From: Bdellovibrionota bacterium
Lineage (GTDB): Bacteria; Bdellovibrionota_G; JALEGL01; DATDPG01
Direction of reading: 5' to 3'
Length of the DNA stretch: 64,000 bases
NCBI GenBank assembly: GCA_963668355.1
Contig: OY764265.1
Coordinates: forward strand, 160,001 to 224,000
Part shown: positions 29,082 to 38,083 of the stretch, one piece after another
Layout of the letters: the number at the start of each line of letters is the position of its first letter
Numbering within the stretch: position 1 is the first letter of the stretch
Made by a program: the position numbers and the translations under genes
The notes under the pieces: generated by a model
Database searches by the model: none
The model's input: the letters and a program-made list of their open reading frames with translations, nothing else
What the model was told of the DNA's origin: nothing

Positions 29082-29977
29082 TGACTCACTTCATTCAAAA
29101 AGGTTTTCACAATGGGAAGAATTTCCTCCCCTGCATCTTCCAGAACAAGATGCCCTGCACGGTCAAAAACATGGGAACGAGCTTGAGGGAAACGTTCTTG
29201 CCACTCCCTTAAAAAGGACAGCGTAAAACACCAATCTTTTTCTCCCCAACAAAGAAGCATCGGATGATTTTTGAGCGTCTTCAATCCTCGCTCAATGAAT
29301 CCCAATTCTTCCCAACTCGGATGAGAGGACTTCATGGGAATATCCTCGACAAAACGAAGAGTGGCAATGCGATGTGCAAACGAATCATAGGGCGCCAAAT
29401 AACCGGATTTCACGTCACGAGGCAATCGATTCTCAGAAGCCATCACGGTCGCTCCCCGAGCAAAACCGTTCAAGCCTTGCACCAAGAGCTTACCCAAGAA
29501 AGGAATCCTACAAATGGCGATTCGAAGCGGAATCTGTTTGGAGGGAAAGGCCGCCGTATTGAAAAGAACAAAGGCTTTCACATTCCGGGGAAAACGAACG
29601 GCATACCCCATCCCAATCGCCCCTCCCCAATCGTGTAAAAATAACGTGATGTCTTTAAGTCCCAAGTGCTCGATCAACGTGGTTAAATTCTTCACGTGCT
29701 GTGAAAGGCGATAAGCGTAAGTTTGAGGCTTATCCGAACGACCGCAACCAACATGGTCCAATGCAATCACCCGATACTTCGTTCGCAAATGCTGAACCAA
29801 ATTTCTCCAGAGAAAAGACCATGTCGGATTTCCATGAACCATCACCAACACCGGAGCATTTTCTCTTGATTCACACTCGTCGATATAGTGCATCTTTGTG
29901 CCATCAAGGTCGATGTAATGCCGTTCAAAGGGGAAAAGATTTTGAAGCGAGTTCACACTCAAGGTTTTACCACTCAA
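29078..29977 (-). CDS. oleB: OleB, beta-lactone decarboxylase (haloalkane dehalogenase-like alpha/beta hydrolase)
   Basis: HGNPTWS, HDWGG Asp nucleophile, AGHLVLED. Confidence 0.85.
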   Translation of the reverse strand: MSGKTLSVNSLQNLFPFERHYIDLDGTKMHYIDECESRENAPVLVMVHGNPTWSFLWRNLVQHLRTKYRVIALDHVGCGRSDKPQTYAYRLSQHVKNLTTLIEHLGLKDITLFLHDWGGAIGMGYAVRFPRNVKAFVLFNTAAFPSKQIPLRIAICRIPFLGKLLVQGLNGFARGATVMASENRLPRDVKSGYLAPYDSFAHRIATLRFVEDIPMKSSHPSWEELGFIERGLKTLKNHPMLLCWGEKDWCFTLSFLREWQERFPQARSHVFDRAGHLVLEDAGEEILPIVKTFLNEVSQ

Positions 29978-31019
29978 GGCCCATCATAATCGAGACCAAG
30001 CCACTTCCAATGCCCATTAATAGCGTTTTGTCGTTCTTACTGAGATGGCCTTCGATTTCAGCCAAAGCCAATGTCACGCCAATGGAAGCGGATCCCATAT
30101 TCCCGAGACTCGGAAATGTAGGGTAGTCCTTTCGAGGATCCAATCCCATGGACTCAAAAAGAAGATTCCGATGAGCCGATCCCACTTGATGCGTGATGAT
30201 TCGATCCAGGGTCTCCGGAGACCATTGGAGAAGCCGACAAATCTCTCCAAAATTTTGATTCGCCAGCGCCACCCCCGCATGCAACATGCTTTCACTGTCC
30301 GTCACCATGTCCACTTGCGTTCGCGTGCTTTCCTCGGAAGAAATTCCTCCCTGACATAGTCCGTGATGTTCCGTTGCACATTGAGAACTCATGCCCAACA
30401 TCCGGTGTCCTTGCGAAGCCAATTCTTCTTTGGCCACCACGGCAGCCACCCCACCCGATCCAATCGTGAGAGAGGCAAAGCTGCTTTTCATGGATTGCCG
30501 AGTCAAAGAAGCGTCTTGATTCATCCGATCAATCGTCGTCTCAACCAGTGCGCGACCATCCTCTCCGCTCACCACCAAACCGGCCTCGATCCTCCCGGCT
30601 TGCACCATGCTGGCCAGAAGGGAAAGACCATCCATCCAACCCAAACAAGCATCTGACAAATCGAAAACTTGGCAGCCAGAAGATAAACCCAACCCATGAT
30701 GAACGACCGTTGCCGTAGCAGGTTCGAGAAAATCACGACAAACCGAAGCGTGAATCAAACATCCAATCTTCGAAGGATCAATCCCCGACTTCTCAATAGC
30801 TTCTCGGCCCGCCTTCAGACTCATCTCGCTCGGTCTCAAGCCAGGCTCTCCCCACCTCCGTGACTTAATTCCGGTCATGAGTTCCAATCGTCCGACATGC
30901 AACCCCAGGCGCTCATATAAAGGAGATAGCCTGTTCTCGATTTCTTCCGAAGAGACAACGCGAGGCGGCAAAAACGTCCCCAAACCGGCTAAACAAACTG
31001 ACTCATATTGATGTTGCAT
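29967..31019 (-). CDS. oleA: OleA, thiolase-fold head-to-head acyl condensing enzyme (KAS III family)
   Basis: RDFLEP Glu, DACLG Cys, THQVG His, GNMGS Asn, MGIGSGL; first gene of oleABCD. Confidence 0.9.
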   Translation of the reverse strand: MQHQYESVCLAGLGTFLPPRVVSSEEIENRLSPLYERLGLHVGRLELMTGIKSRRWGEPGLRPSEMSLKAGREAIEKSGIDPSKIGCLIHASVCRDFLEPATATVVHHGLGLSSGCQVFDLSDACLGWMDGLSLLASMVQAGRIEAGLVVSGEDGRALVETTIDRMNQDASLTRQSMKSSFASLTIGSGGVAAVVAKEELASQGHRMLGMSSQCATEHHGLCQGGISSEESTRTQVDMVTDSESMLHAGVALANQNFGEICRLLQWSPETLDRIITHQVGSAHRNLLFESMGLDPRKDYPTFPSLGNMGSASIGVTLALAEIEGHLSKNDKTLLMGIGSGLVSIMMGLEW

Positions 31020-31043
31020 TGGATTTCATTGAACCTAACAAAT

Positions 31044-31061
31044 ATTTCAGATATGTGAAAT
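31044..31061. promoter_or_regulatory. Candidate operator for the GbsR/MarR regulator
   Basis: Perfect palindrome ATTTCA-N6-TGAAAT in the 51-bp gap between the divergent starts 31019 and 31071. Confidence 0.6.
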
Positions 31062-31070
31062 TTGAAAATT

Positions 31071-31703
31071 ATGAAAAACACAGACGCATTATCCGAAGAA
31101 GTACAATCTGAAATTCATGAATTTGAAAAATCCTTGCAGGTTTTTGGTTTTAAACGAACCGAAGCCTCCATATATGGTTATTTGGCTCTAAGTGAGCAGC
31201 CTCAAACCGCGGATGAGATCTGCACGGCACTAAATCTTTCTCAAGGGGCCGTTAGTCAAGGATTGAAAAGGCTGGCTCAATGGGGGGGCATCGACTCCCA
31301 ATACGACTCCACCCGAAGGGCCCACCTTCACTCCGCCGTGGAAGACAGCATGAAAATCGTGGGCAAAATCTTTAAACGCCGAGAACAAGACGCCATTTTG
31401 AACATCAAAAATGTGGCCAAGAAGGCCCTTGAGAGATGCACGAGAGAAGGAGATGGCCAGTTTCACCCACGCGTGATTCGCCTGAAGTCGATCATTTTAA
31501 CCTGTGAAACCGCTGAGGCCGTCATCAAGTTCATTCTCTCAATGAGCGGCATTTCGGATCAAAAGAAAACCAGCACCATCGTCAGGGCACTTCCCAAAAC
31601 ATTTGAGTTTCTGGTTTTTGGAACGGCAACCGCCAACACCATCGCATCCAAAATAAAGGGAATTTTGGGCGCCGCGTCTGGGGAGAACAAACAATGGCAT
31701 TGA
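31071..31703 (+). CDS. GbsR/MarR family transcriptional regulator
   Basis: FGFKRTEASIYGYLALSEQPQTADEIC..LNLSQGAVSQGLKRL wHTH typical of the GbsR-type family; ATG 31071. Confidence 0.8.
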   Translation: MKNTDALSEEVQSEIHEFEKSLQVFGFKRTEASIYGYLALSEQPQTADEICTALNLSQGAVSQGLKRLAQWGGIDSQYDSTRRAHLHSAVEDSMKIVGKIFKRREQDAILNIKNVAKKALERCTREGDGQFHPRVIRLKSIILTCETAEAVIKFILSMSGISDQKKTSTIVRALPKTFEFLVFGTATANTIASKIKGILGAASGENKQWH

Positions 31704-32953
31704 GCAAACGTATCGTAATTACCGGGATCGGCCTGACCGCGCCCAATGGAAATGACCTCACCAGTTATCGAAAAGCCCTTTTGAATAAAGTTCCGGGCGT
31801 TCAAACCTTCGAAACACGCCATATGGGGAATGTGCCTGCGGGTGTCTGTGATTTCGATGAGTTCAAATATCAGAAAAGAAAAGAACGACGACGAGGAACA
31901 CGAGCGGGATCCGTGGCCATCTATTGTGGAAACGAAGCTCTGATCGACGCGGGCTTAACGGAAGAAAGGATCGAACAAAAATCCTCAAACATCGGGGTTT
32001 ACCTCGGAATTACGGAACACGGAAATGTGGAAACGGAAAATGAAGTGTGGTCTTTGGGACAATACGACAACGATACCAAGTATTGGTCCCACCATCATAA
32101 CCCCCGCACCGTCGCCAATAATCCAGCCGGAGAATTATGTCTAAATCGTCATCTTACCGGACCGCATATGACGGTTGGCGCAGCTTGTGCTGCCGGCAAC
32201 TACGGACTCATTTATGGAGCCCAAAACTTGATGTTGGATGAAGTGGAATATGCACTCTGCGGCGGCGTTTCCGAAGCCATTCATACGTTTGGCATTTTTG
32301 CGAGTTTCGCCAGTCAAGGAGCCTTGGCCCTCCTCTCAGAGGAAAATCCCGATCCCACGACACTCAGTCGCCCGTTTGACAAGAACCGAAAGGGAATGGT
32401 TCCCTCCGAAGGCGGCTGCCTCTTCGTCTTGGAAACGTTGGAACATGCACACTCTCGCGGCGCAAAGATTTATGGAGAGCTTCTTGGGTATGCAATCAAC
32501 ACCGATGCCAAAGATTTTGTCCTTCCCGATAGCGAACGCCAAACGCAATGCATGCGAGGGGCCTTGGACAAAGCCGATCTAAAAGCGAGCGACATGGATA
32601 TCGTCAATGCCCATGCAACGGGTACAAAAATGGGCGATGAACAAGAGGCCATGGCCATTGGTCGAGTGTTTGGAGACTACGACTCAGTTTACGTGAATGC
32701 CACCAAAGGTTTTATTGGCCATTGCATGGGAGCTGCTGGAGCCCTTGAAATCGCCGGAAACCTCCCATCCTTTACCGATGGCATGATTCATCCAACGCTG
32801 AACTTCGAGGAATTTGATGAAAACATGAAAGTGAGAAACTTGGTAACGGAGACAGTAAAAGCCAAGCGCCCCATCAACACCATTTTTAATTTTTCCAGTG
32901 GAATGCTGGGTATCAACACGGCAGTCATCATTGGCCGATATAAAGAAGAGTAG
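31694..32953 (+). CDS. Beta-ketoacyl-ACP synthase (FabF/FabB-like, cluster-specific)
   Basis: RIVITGIG, AACAAG Cys, NAHATGT His, KGFIGHCMGAAG His, SRPFD. Confidence 0.9.
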   Translation: MALSKRIVITGIGLTAPNGNDLTSYRKALLNKVPGVQTFETRHMGNVPAGVCDFDEFKYQKRKERRRGTRAGSVAIYCGNEALIDAGLTEERIEQKSSNIGVYLGITEHGNVETENEVWSLGQYDNDTKYWSHHHNPRTVANNPAGELCLNRHLTGPHMTVGAACAAGNYGLIYGAQNLMLDEVEYALCGGVSEAIHTFGIFASFASQGALALLSEENPDPTTLSRPFDKNRKGMVPSEGGCLFVLETLEHAHSRGAKIYGELLGYAINTDAKDFVLPDSERQTQCMRGALDKADLKASDMDIVNAHATGTKMGDEQEAMAIGRVFGDYDSVYVNATKGFIGHCMGAAGALEIAGNLPSFTDGMIHPTLNFEEFDENMKVRNLVTETVKAKRPINTIFNFSSGMLGINTAVIIGRYKEE

Positions 32954-32972
32954 AACAAGAAGGAAAGAACTT

Positions 32973-33224
32973 ATGACAAGAGAAGAAATCAAAGGCGAAA
33001 TTAAAAACATCATTACAGCCATTGCACCGGATGAAGACATTTCCGTACTCACAGATGACGGAGTCATTCGCGAACAACTCGAACTGGATTCCATGGATTT
33101 TTTGGACATCATCATGGAACTTCGAAAGAGACATAAAATTGAAGTTCCCGAAGCCGACTATCCAAATTTCGTCACGCTCAACAAATGTGCCGATTATTTG
33201 GAACCTCGGATGTCTAACTTGTAA
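32973..33224 (+). CDS. Acyl carrier protein
   Basis: LELDSMDFLDI phosphopantetheine Ser; ATG 32973 with AAGGA. Confidence 0.9.
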   Translation: MTREEIKGEIKNIITAIAPDEDISVLTDDGVIREQLELDSMDFLDIIMELRKRHKIEVPEADYPNFVTLNKCADYLEPRMSNL

Positions 33225-34607
33225 ATGCCTCAATACGACGCGATCATCATCGGAGCCGGAATGTCTGGACTAACGTCTGGAATCCGGCTCGCAATGTTCG
33301 ATAAAAAAGTATGCATTCTTGAAAGCCACTACGTTTGGGGTGGGCTAAACTCCTTTTATAAAAAAGATGGTCGCTCTTTTGATGTTGGTCTTCACGCCAT
33401 GACCAATTTCGCCCGCAAAGGAACGAAAAAAGGTCCTCTTCCAATGGTCGCCCGACAACTTCGCTTGAGCATAGATGATTTCCAACTCTTGGAACAACGA
33501 CACTCTCTGATCAAGTTTCCAGAACACACCCTCCGTTTCACCAATGATTTATCGGATCTTTTGGAAAGCATTCAGCAAGAGTTTCCACAGCACGTCGATG
33601 AGTTTTCCAATCTCTGCCAAAAGGTGAGGGATCATGATGATGGATCATTGAATCCCAAATTGGAGTCAGCACGATCTGTACTACATGAAATCATCACCGA
33701 GCCAAGCTTAATCGATATGATCCTATGCCCCCTTCTCTTCTATGGAAGCGCAACTGAACATGACATGGATTGGAACCAATTTGTCATCATGTTTAAAGCC
33801 ATCTACTTCGAAGGCTTCTCTCGTCCTCATAAAGGGGTTCGAGTGATTCTAAAAAAGCTTCGGGAAACCTTTTTGGAACGAGGAGGAGAACTAAAAACCC
33901 GATGTCGTGTCCGGCGAATCCGGCCTCAAACCTGCGGAGAAATCTGTGTCGAACTGGAAACCGGAGAAACCTTTACAACATCCAACGTCCTTTCTTCAGC
34001 GGGCAAAGCAGAAACTCAAAAACTCCTTGGGTACGAGCCAGAAACGTCAAGCATTGGCCGAATGAGTTTTGTGGAAACGATTTTCTGTTTGGATCGCGAA
34101 CCCAAAGCCTTGGACATCCACAGCAGCATCACCTTCTTCAACCAATCTTCCAATGGATTTTCTTACCGAAAGCCTGAGAATCTCGTCGACTTCACATCTG
34201 GCATCTTTTGCTGTCCAAATAATTTTCAAGATGATCGACGCATGGACGGAATTCTTCGCATCACCAACATGGCCAATCATGATTTATGGCTCAACTTGAA
34301 AACTAGAAATGACAGTTCATACGAACAGGCCAAACGAGAAACCATTCAAACACAACTCGACACACTTGAGTCCATTGTCCCAAAATTTCGAAATCACGTG
34401 ATTTACACGGATTCATTCACACCCTGCACGATCGAACACTTTACCTCTCATATGGGAGGAGCTGTATACGGATCTCCAAAAAAAGTTCTTTCGGGAGAGT
34501 CCGGAACACCGAACGTTTTTCTTTGTGGAACCGACCAAGGATATCTGGGCATTGTAGGAGCGATGCTCAGCGGAATTATTGTGGCCAACCGCCACATACT
34601 GCATTAG
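33225..34607 (+). CDS. Phytoene desaturase (CrtI)-like FAD oxidoreductase 1
   Basis: IIGAGMSGL, GGLNSFY..FDVGLH, TPCTIEHFT, C-terminal LCGTDQGYLGIVGA. Confidence 0.85.
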   Translation: MPQYDAIIIGAGMSGLTSGIRLAMFDKKVCILESHYVWGGLNSFYKKDGRSFDVGLHAMTNFARKGTKKGPLPMVARQLRLSIDDFQLLEQRHSLIKFPEHTLRFTNDLSDLLESIQQEFPQHVDEFSNLCQKVRDHDDGSLNPKLESARSVLHEIITEPSLIDMILCPLLFYGSATEHDMDWNQFVIMFKAIYFEGFSRPHKGVRVILKKLRETFLERGGELKTRCRVRRIRPQTCGEICVELETGETFTTSNVLSSAGKAETQKLLGYEPETSSIGRMSFVETIFCLDREPKALDIHSSITFFNQSSNGFSYRKPENLVDFTSGIFCCPNNFQDDRRMDGILRITNMANHDLWLNLKTRNDSSYEQAKRETIQTQLDTLESIVPKFRNHVIYTDSFTPCTIEHFTSHMGGAVYGSPKKVLSGESGTPNVFLCGTDQGYLGIVGAMLSGIIVANRHILH

Positions 34608-34621
34608 GAATTGAGACATTC

Positions 34622-36088
34622 ATGAAATTTACCGCTCAAAAAGCAAAGCCAAAATATGATGTAATCGTCGTCGGCAGTGGGCTGGCGGGCTTAACCGCTG
34701 CGAACACCCTAGCCCGATCGGGTTACAGTGTGGCCATCCTGGAACAACATTACAACTTTGGGGGAATGGCCACATGGTTCAAACGAAAAGGGGGACATAT
34801 TTTCGATGTCTCTCTCCATGGATTTCCCTATGGAATGGTCAAAAGTGCGAGAAAGTACTGGAGCCAGGAAATCGCGGATTCCATCCAACAATTGGATTGT
34901 GTCCGTTTTGACAACCCCCAATTTTCTTTTGCTACGAAGTTCGATCGCCAGGACTTCACGGACAAACTGGTGACCGTTTTTAGAATTCCCAAAGAAACCG
35001 TGGACGCCTTTTTTGTTGAAGCTCGGAAGATGTCCCATCTCGATGATACTCGAATGACAACGCGAGACCTCTTTCAGAAATTCTTTCCCAACCGAAACGA
35101 TGTGTGGCGACTTCTCATGGAACCCATTACATATGCCAACGGATCTACCCTCGATGAACCAGCACTCACCTATGGAATTGTTTTTTCAAATTTCATGAGC
35201 AAAGGAGTCTTTACGTTTCGAGGAGGAACAGACCAGCTCATCGCAAAAATGAAAAAGATCCTCATGGAAAATGGTGTAGACCTTTTCAACCATGCACAGG
35301 TTGAACGGATTTTGGTGAAAAATGGTCGCGTTTGCGGGGTTCGAGTTAATGGCCATAATCTGGAGGCACCCATCGTCCTCTCCAATGCAGGAGTCAAAAA
35401 CACAACCGACCAATTGATTGGCCATGAACATTTTCGTTCGAATTTCATTGAACAAATCCATTCCATGAAGCTCAGCACGAGTTCCTGTCAGGTTTACATG
35501 GGCCTTCGTTCCGGCGAATCCATTGAAGATATTGGAGAATTATTCTTTACGTCGAAACATCCCGAATACGATTCGAATGCTCTTTGCAGTTTTCACCCCT
35601 CGAGTCGGACCTTTTCGTTTTACTATCCCAAAACACGCCCAGGACATGATCGCTATTCAATCGTTTCTTCAACCAATGCTCTTTATGAAGATTGGGTTCA
35701 TTTAAGCGACGAAGATTATGAACGGGAGAAAGTTCGATTGGCCAAGGAGACCATCGATGTGTTGGAGGAGTACCTTCCGGATGTGAGGCGAAAAATCGAT
35801 CACGTCGAAGTATCCACTCCCAAAACCTTTGTTCATTACACCCAACATTTTGGAGGCGCGACGTTCGGGACCAAATTTGAAGGATTGGCGGTTTCAATGG
35901 CTCTTCCAGAAGAACTTCCTGGGGCCTATCATGCGGGTTCCGTGGGGCTCATCATGGGAGGGTGGCTCGGAACCGTGAATTACGGTGTCATTGTCGCCAA
36001 CAAAATTGATGCAGATTTAAGCTCACGAAAAGCACCCAAATCCCAGAACACCCAGAAGAGGTCCACATCTTCCATGGAGGCGAGATAA
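34622..36088 (+). CDS. Phytoene desaturase (CrtI)-like FAD oxidoreductase 2
   Basis: VVGSGLAGL, GGMATWF..FDVSLH, STPKTFVHYT; start ATG 34622. Confidence 0.85.
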   Translation: MKFTAQKAKPKYDVIVVGSGLAGLTAANTLARSGYSVAILEQHYNFGGMATWFKRKGGHIFDVSLHGFPYGMVKSARKYWSQEIADSIQQLDCVRFDNPQFSFATKFDRQDFTDKLVTVFRIPKETVDAFFVEARKMSHLDDTRMTTRDLFQKFFPNRNDVWRLLMEPITYANGSTLDEPALTYGIVFSNFMSKGVFTFRGGTDQLIAKMKKILMENGVDLFNHAQVERILVKNGRVCGVRVNGHNLEAPIVLSNAGVKNTTDQLIGHEHFRSNFIEQIHSMKLSTSSCQVYMGLRSGESIEDIGELFFTSKHPEYDSNALCSFHPSSRTFSFYYPKTRPGHDRYSIVSSTNALYEDWVHLSDEDYEREKVRLAKETIDVLEEYLPDVRRKIDHVEVSTPKTFVHYTQHFGGATFGTKFEGLAVSMALPEELPGAYHAGSVGLIMGGWLGTVNYGVIVANKIDADLSSRKAPKSQNTQKRSTSSMEAR

Positions 36089-36089
36089 G

Positions 36090-36827
36090 ATGGATTTTGA
36101 AAAACAAAATGTCATTGTCACGGGAGGAACCAAAGGAATCGGATCTGCCATCGCAGAGGCCTTTCTCCAAGAAGGAGCCCACGTCACGATGACCTATGCA
36201 CATGACGACACCTCCGCCAAGCAATTCCGAGAAAACCACGCTCAATTCTCCGATCAATTGAGCTTTTCAAAATTCAATGTGGGGAAGACGGACGAGGTCG
36301 AACATTTTTTCAATGAATATGACCAAACCCATGAAACCATCGACGTACTCGTGAACAATGCCGGAGTTCGCAAGGATCAAATCGTCGGCATGCTTTCTGA
36401 GGAAGACTGGGATGCCGTGCTAAACACAAATCTCAAGGGTTGTTTTCTCATGAGTAAATTCGCCGTTCAGCGAATGTCTCGAAAACGATTTGGTCGAATC
36501 ATCAACATCACTTCGCCAAGTGGTCGCTTGGGGTTTCCAGGGCAGAGCAATTACGCAGCTTCAAAAGCAGGAATGGTGGCCTTTACGCGATCCATGGCCA
36601 AAGAAGTTGCCTCACGAAAGGTGACGGTCAATTGTGTCTCACCAGGTTTTGTTCAAACGGATCTCATTGAGGACTTAAAGGACGATGATCTGGAGCGTTA
36701 CAAAAACCTCGTTCCCCTGAAACGTTTTGGACTCCCGGAAGAAATTGCCCATGCCGTTCTTTTTCTGGCCTCTGGAAAAGCCGACTACATCACGGGCGCC
36801 ACATTGGACGTAACCGGAGGGCTTTAA
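36090..36827 (+). CDS. fabG: 3-oxoacyl-ACP reductase
   Basis: TGGTKGIG, NNAG, YAASK, VSPGFVQTD. Confidence 0.9.
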   Translation: MDFEKQNVIVTGGTKGIGSAIAEAFLQEGAHVTMTYAHDDTSAKQFRENHAQFSDQLSFSKFNVGKTDEVEHFFNEYDQTHETIDVLVNNAGVRKDQIVGMLSEEDWDAVLNTNLKGCFLMSKFAVQRMSRKRFGRIINITSPSGRLGFPGQSNYAASKAGMVAFTRSMAKEVASRKVTVNCVSPGFVQTDLIEDLKDDDLERYKNLVPLKRFGLPEEIAHAVLFLASGKADYITGATLDVTGGL

Positions 36828-37283
36828 ATGAGCGATAAGGCGAACATTCAAGGCCTCATTCCTCACCGCCCCCCCATGCTTTTGGTAGATGAGGTAACGG
36901 AGTGGAATAAACATTCAAAAACGATTCAAGCCCAAAAAACAATCCGAAATAATGAGTTTTTTCTCCAAGGCCATTATCCCGACTTTCCAATTGTTCCAGG
37001 GGTAATCACCTTGGAGTGCATCTTTCAAACCGGGGCCATCCTTCTCTCCCTCTGCTTTGATGAACTCACCCAGGGAAATAAGGTTCCCGTGGTCAGTCGA
37101 GTGGGAAAAGCAAAATTTTCCCGCATGATTCGTCCCAATGAAGAAATCACACTGAAAGCCGAAGTCACCGAGCAAGTGAGTACCGCTTACTACCTAAAAG
37201 GCTCTGCCGAGGTCGATGGAAAAGTTGCTGCCCGGGTGGATTTTGTCTGCATGGCTGCCAATCGAGAGGAATCGAACACATGA
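36828..37283 (+). CDS. fabZ: 3-hydroxyacyl-ACP dehydratase FabZ family
   Basis: IPHRPPMLLVD, FLQGHYP, PGVITLE. Confidence 0.88.
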   Translation: MSDKANIQGLIPHRPPMLLVDEVTEWNKHSKTIQAQKTIRNNEFFLQGHYPDFPIVPGVITLECIFQTGAILLSLCFDELTQGNKVPVVSRVGKAKFSRMIRPNEEITLKAEVTEQVSTAYYLKGSAEVDGKVAARVDFVCMAANREESNT

Positions 37284-38083
37284 GTTTTTTGAACTTAGAA
37301 TCGAAGACATTTGTCGTTTTTGGCGTTGCAAACCGAAAATCGGTTGCCTACGAGATTGCTTGCGGACTCACCCAAGAAGGTGCCAAAGTGATTCACGTCG
37401 TTCAGGATTCAGAACGGCAAGAAACCGCGAGAAAGATTCTTCCTGAAGATACCGAAATCCATATATGCAATGTGGAGAATGAGGAGGAGATTCGATCCGT
37501 GGCGAAATCGATTGGAGAGAATCATCCGAAAATTCATGGCTTGGTTCATTCCATCGCCTATGCCAATTTTGAAGATGGCATGAAACCATTTCATGAAACG
37601 AAAAAACTGCATTTTCTTCAAACCATGGATGTGTCCTGTTTTTCTCTCATATCGATATGTGATGCCTTCCAGATGTATTTGGATGAAAAAGCTTCGGTGA
37701 TCACAATTTCCATTTCCACCACTGAAATGACTGCGGAAAGTTATGGCTGGATGGCACCTGCCAAAGCCGCGCTGAATTCAACCGTGGCTTTTTTAGCCAA
37801 GTCGTTCAGTCGTTTTTCCCAGGTTCGCTTCAACGCGCTATGTCCGGGGCTTCTCAAGACATCGGCTTCGGCAGGCATCCCAGGCTACATCGACAATTAT
37901 CTTTACGCCGAGAAATGTACACTTCGAGGCAAAGCACTGGAAACCAAGGAGGTTGCCAATACGGGGCTATTTCTACTCAGCGATGCTTCATCGGGGATCA
38001 ATGCCCAACACATCGTGATCGATGCCGGAATGCGCATAAACTATTTTGACAAAAACATCATCGAGACCGTTTCCCGCACATGA
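37280..38083 (+). CDS. fabI: Enoyl-ACP reductase FabI-like
   Basis: GVANRKSVA, VHSIAYA, YGWMAPAK (Y-x6-K). Confidence 0.85.
   Translation: MSFLNLESKTFVVFGVANRKSVAYEIACGLTQEGAKVIHVVQDSERQETARKILPEDTEIHICNVENEEEIRSVAKSIGENHPKIHGLVHSIAYANFEDGMKPFHETKKLHFLQTMDVSCFSLISICDAFQMYLDEKASVITISISTTEMTAESYGWMAPAKAALNSTVAFLAKSFSRFSQVRFNALCPGLLKTSASAGIPGYIDNYLYAEKCTLRGKALETKEVANTGLFLLSDASSGINAQHIVIDAGMRINYFDKNIIETVSRT

Noticed and set aside
33225..36088. Carotenoid biosynthesis assignment for the CrtI-like genes
   Set aside because: No phytoene synthase or prenyltransferase nearby; the context is entirely ACP/FAS
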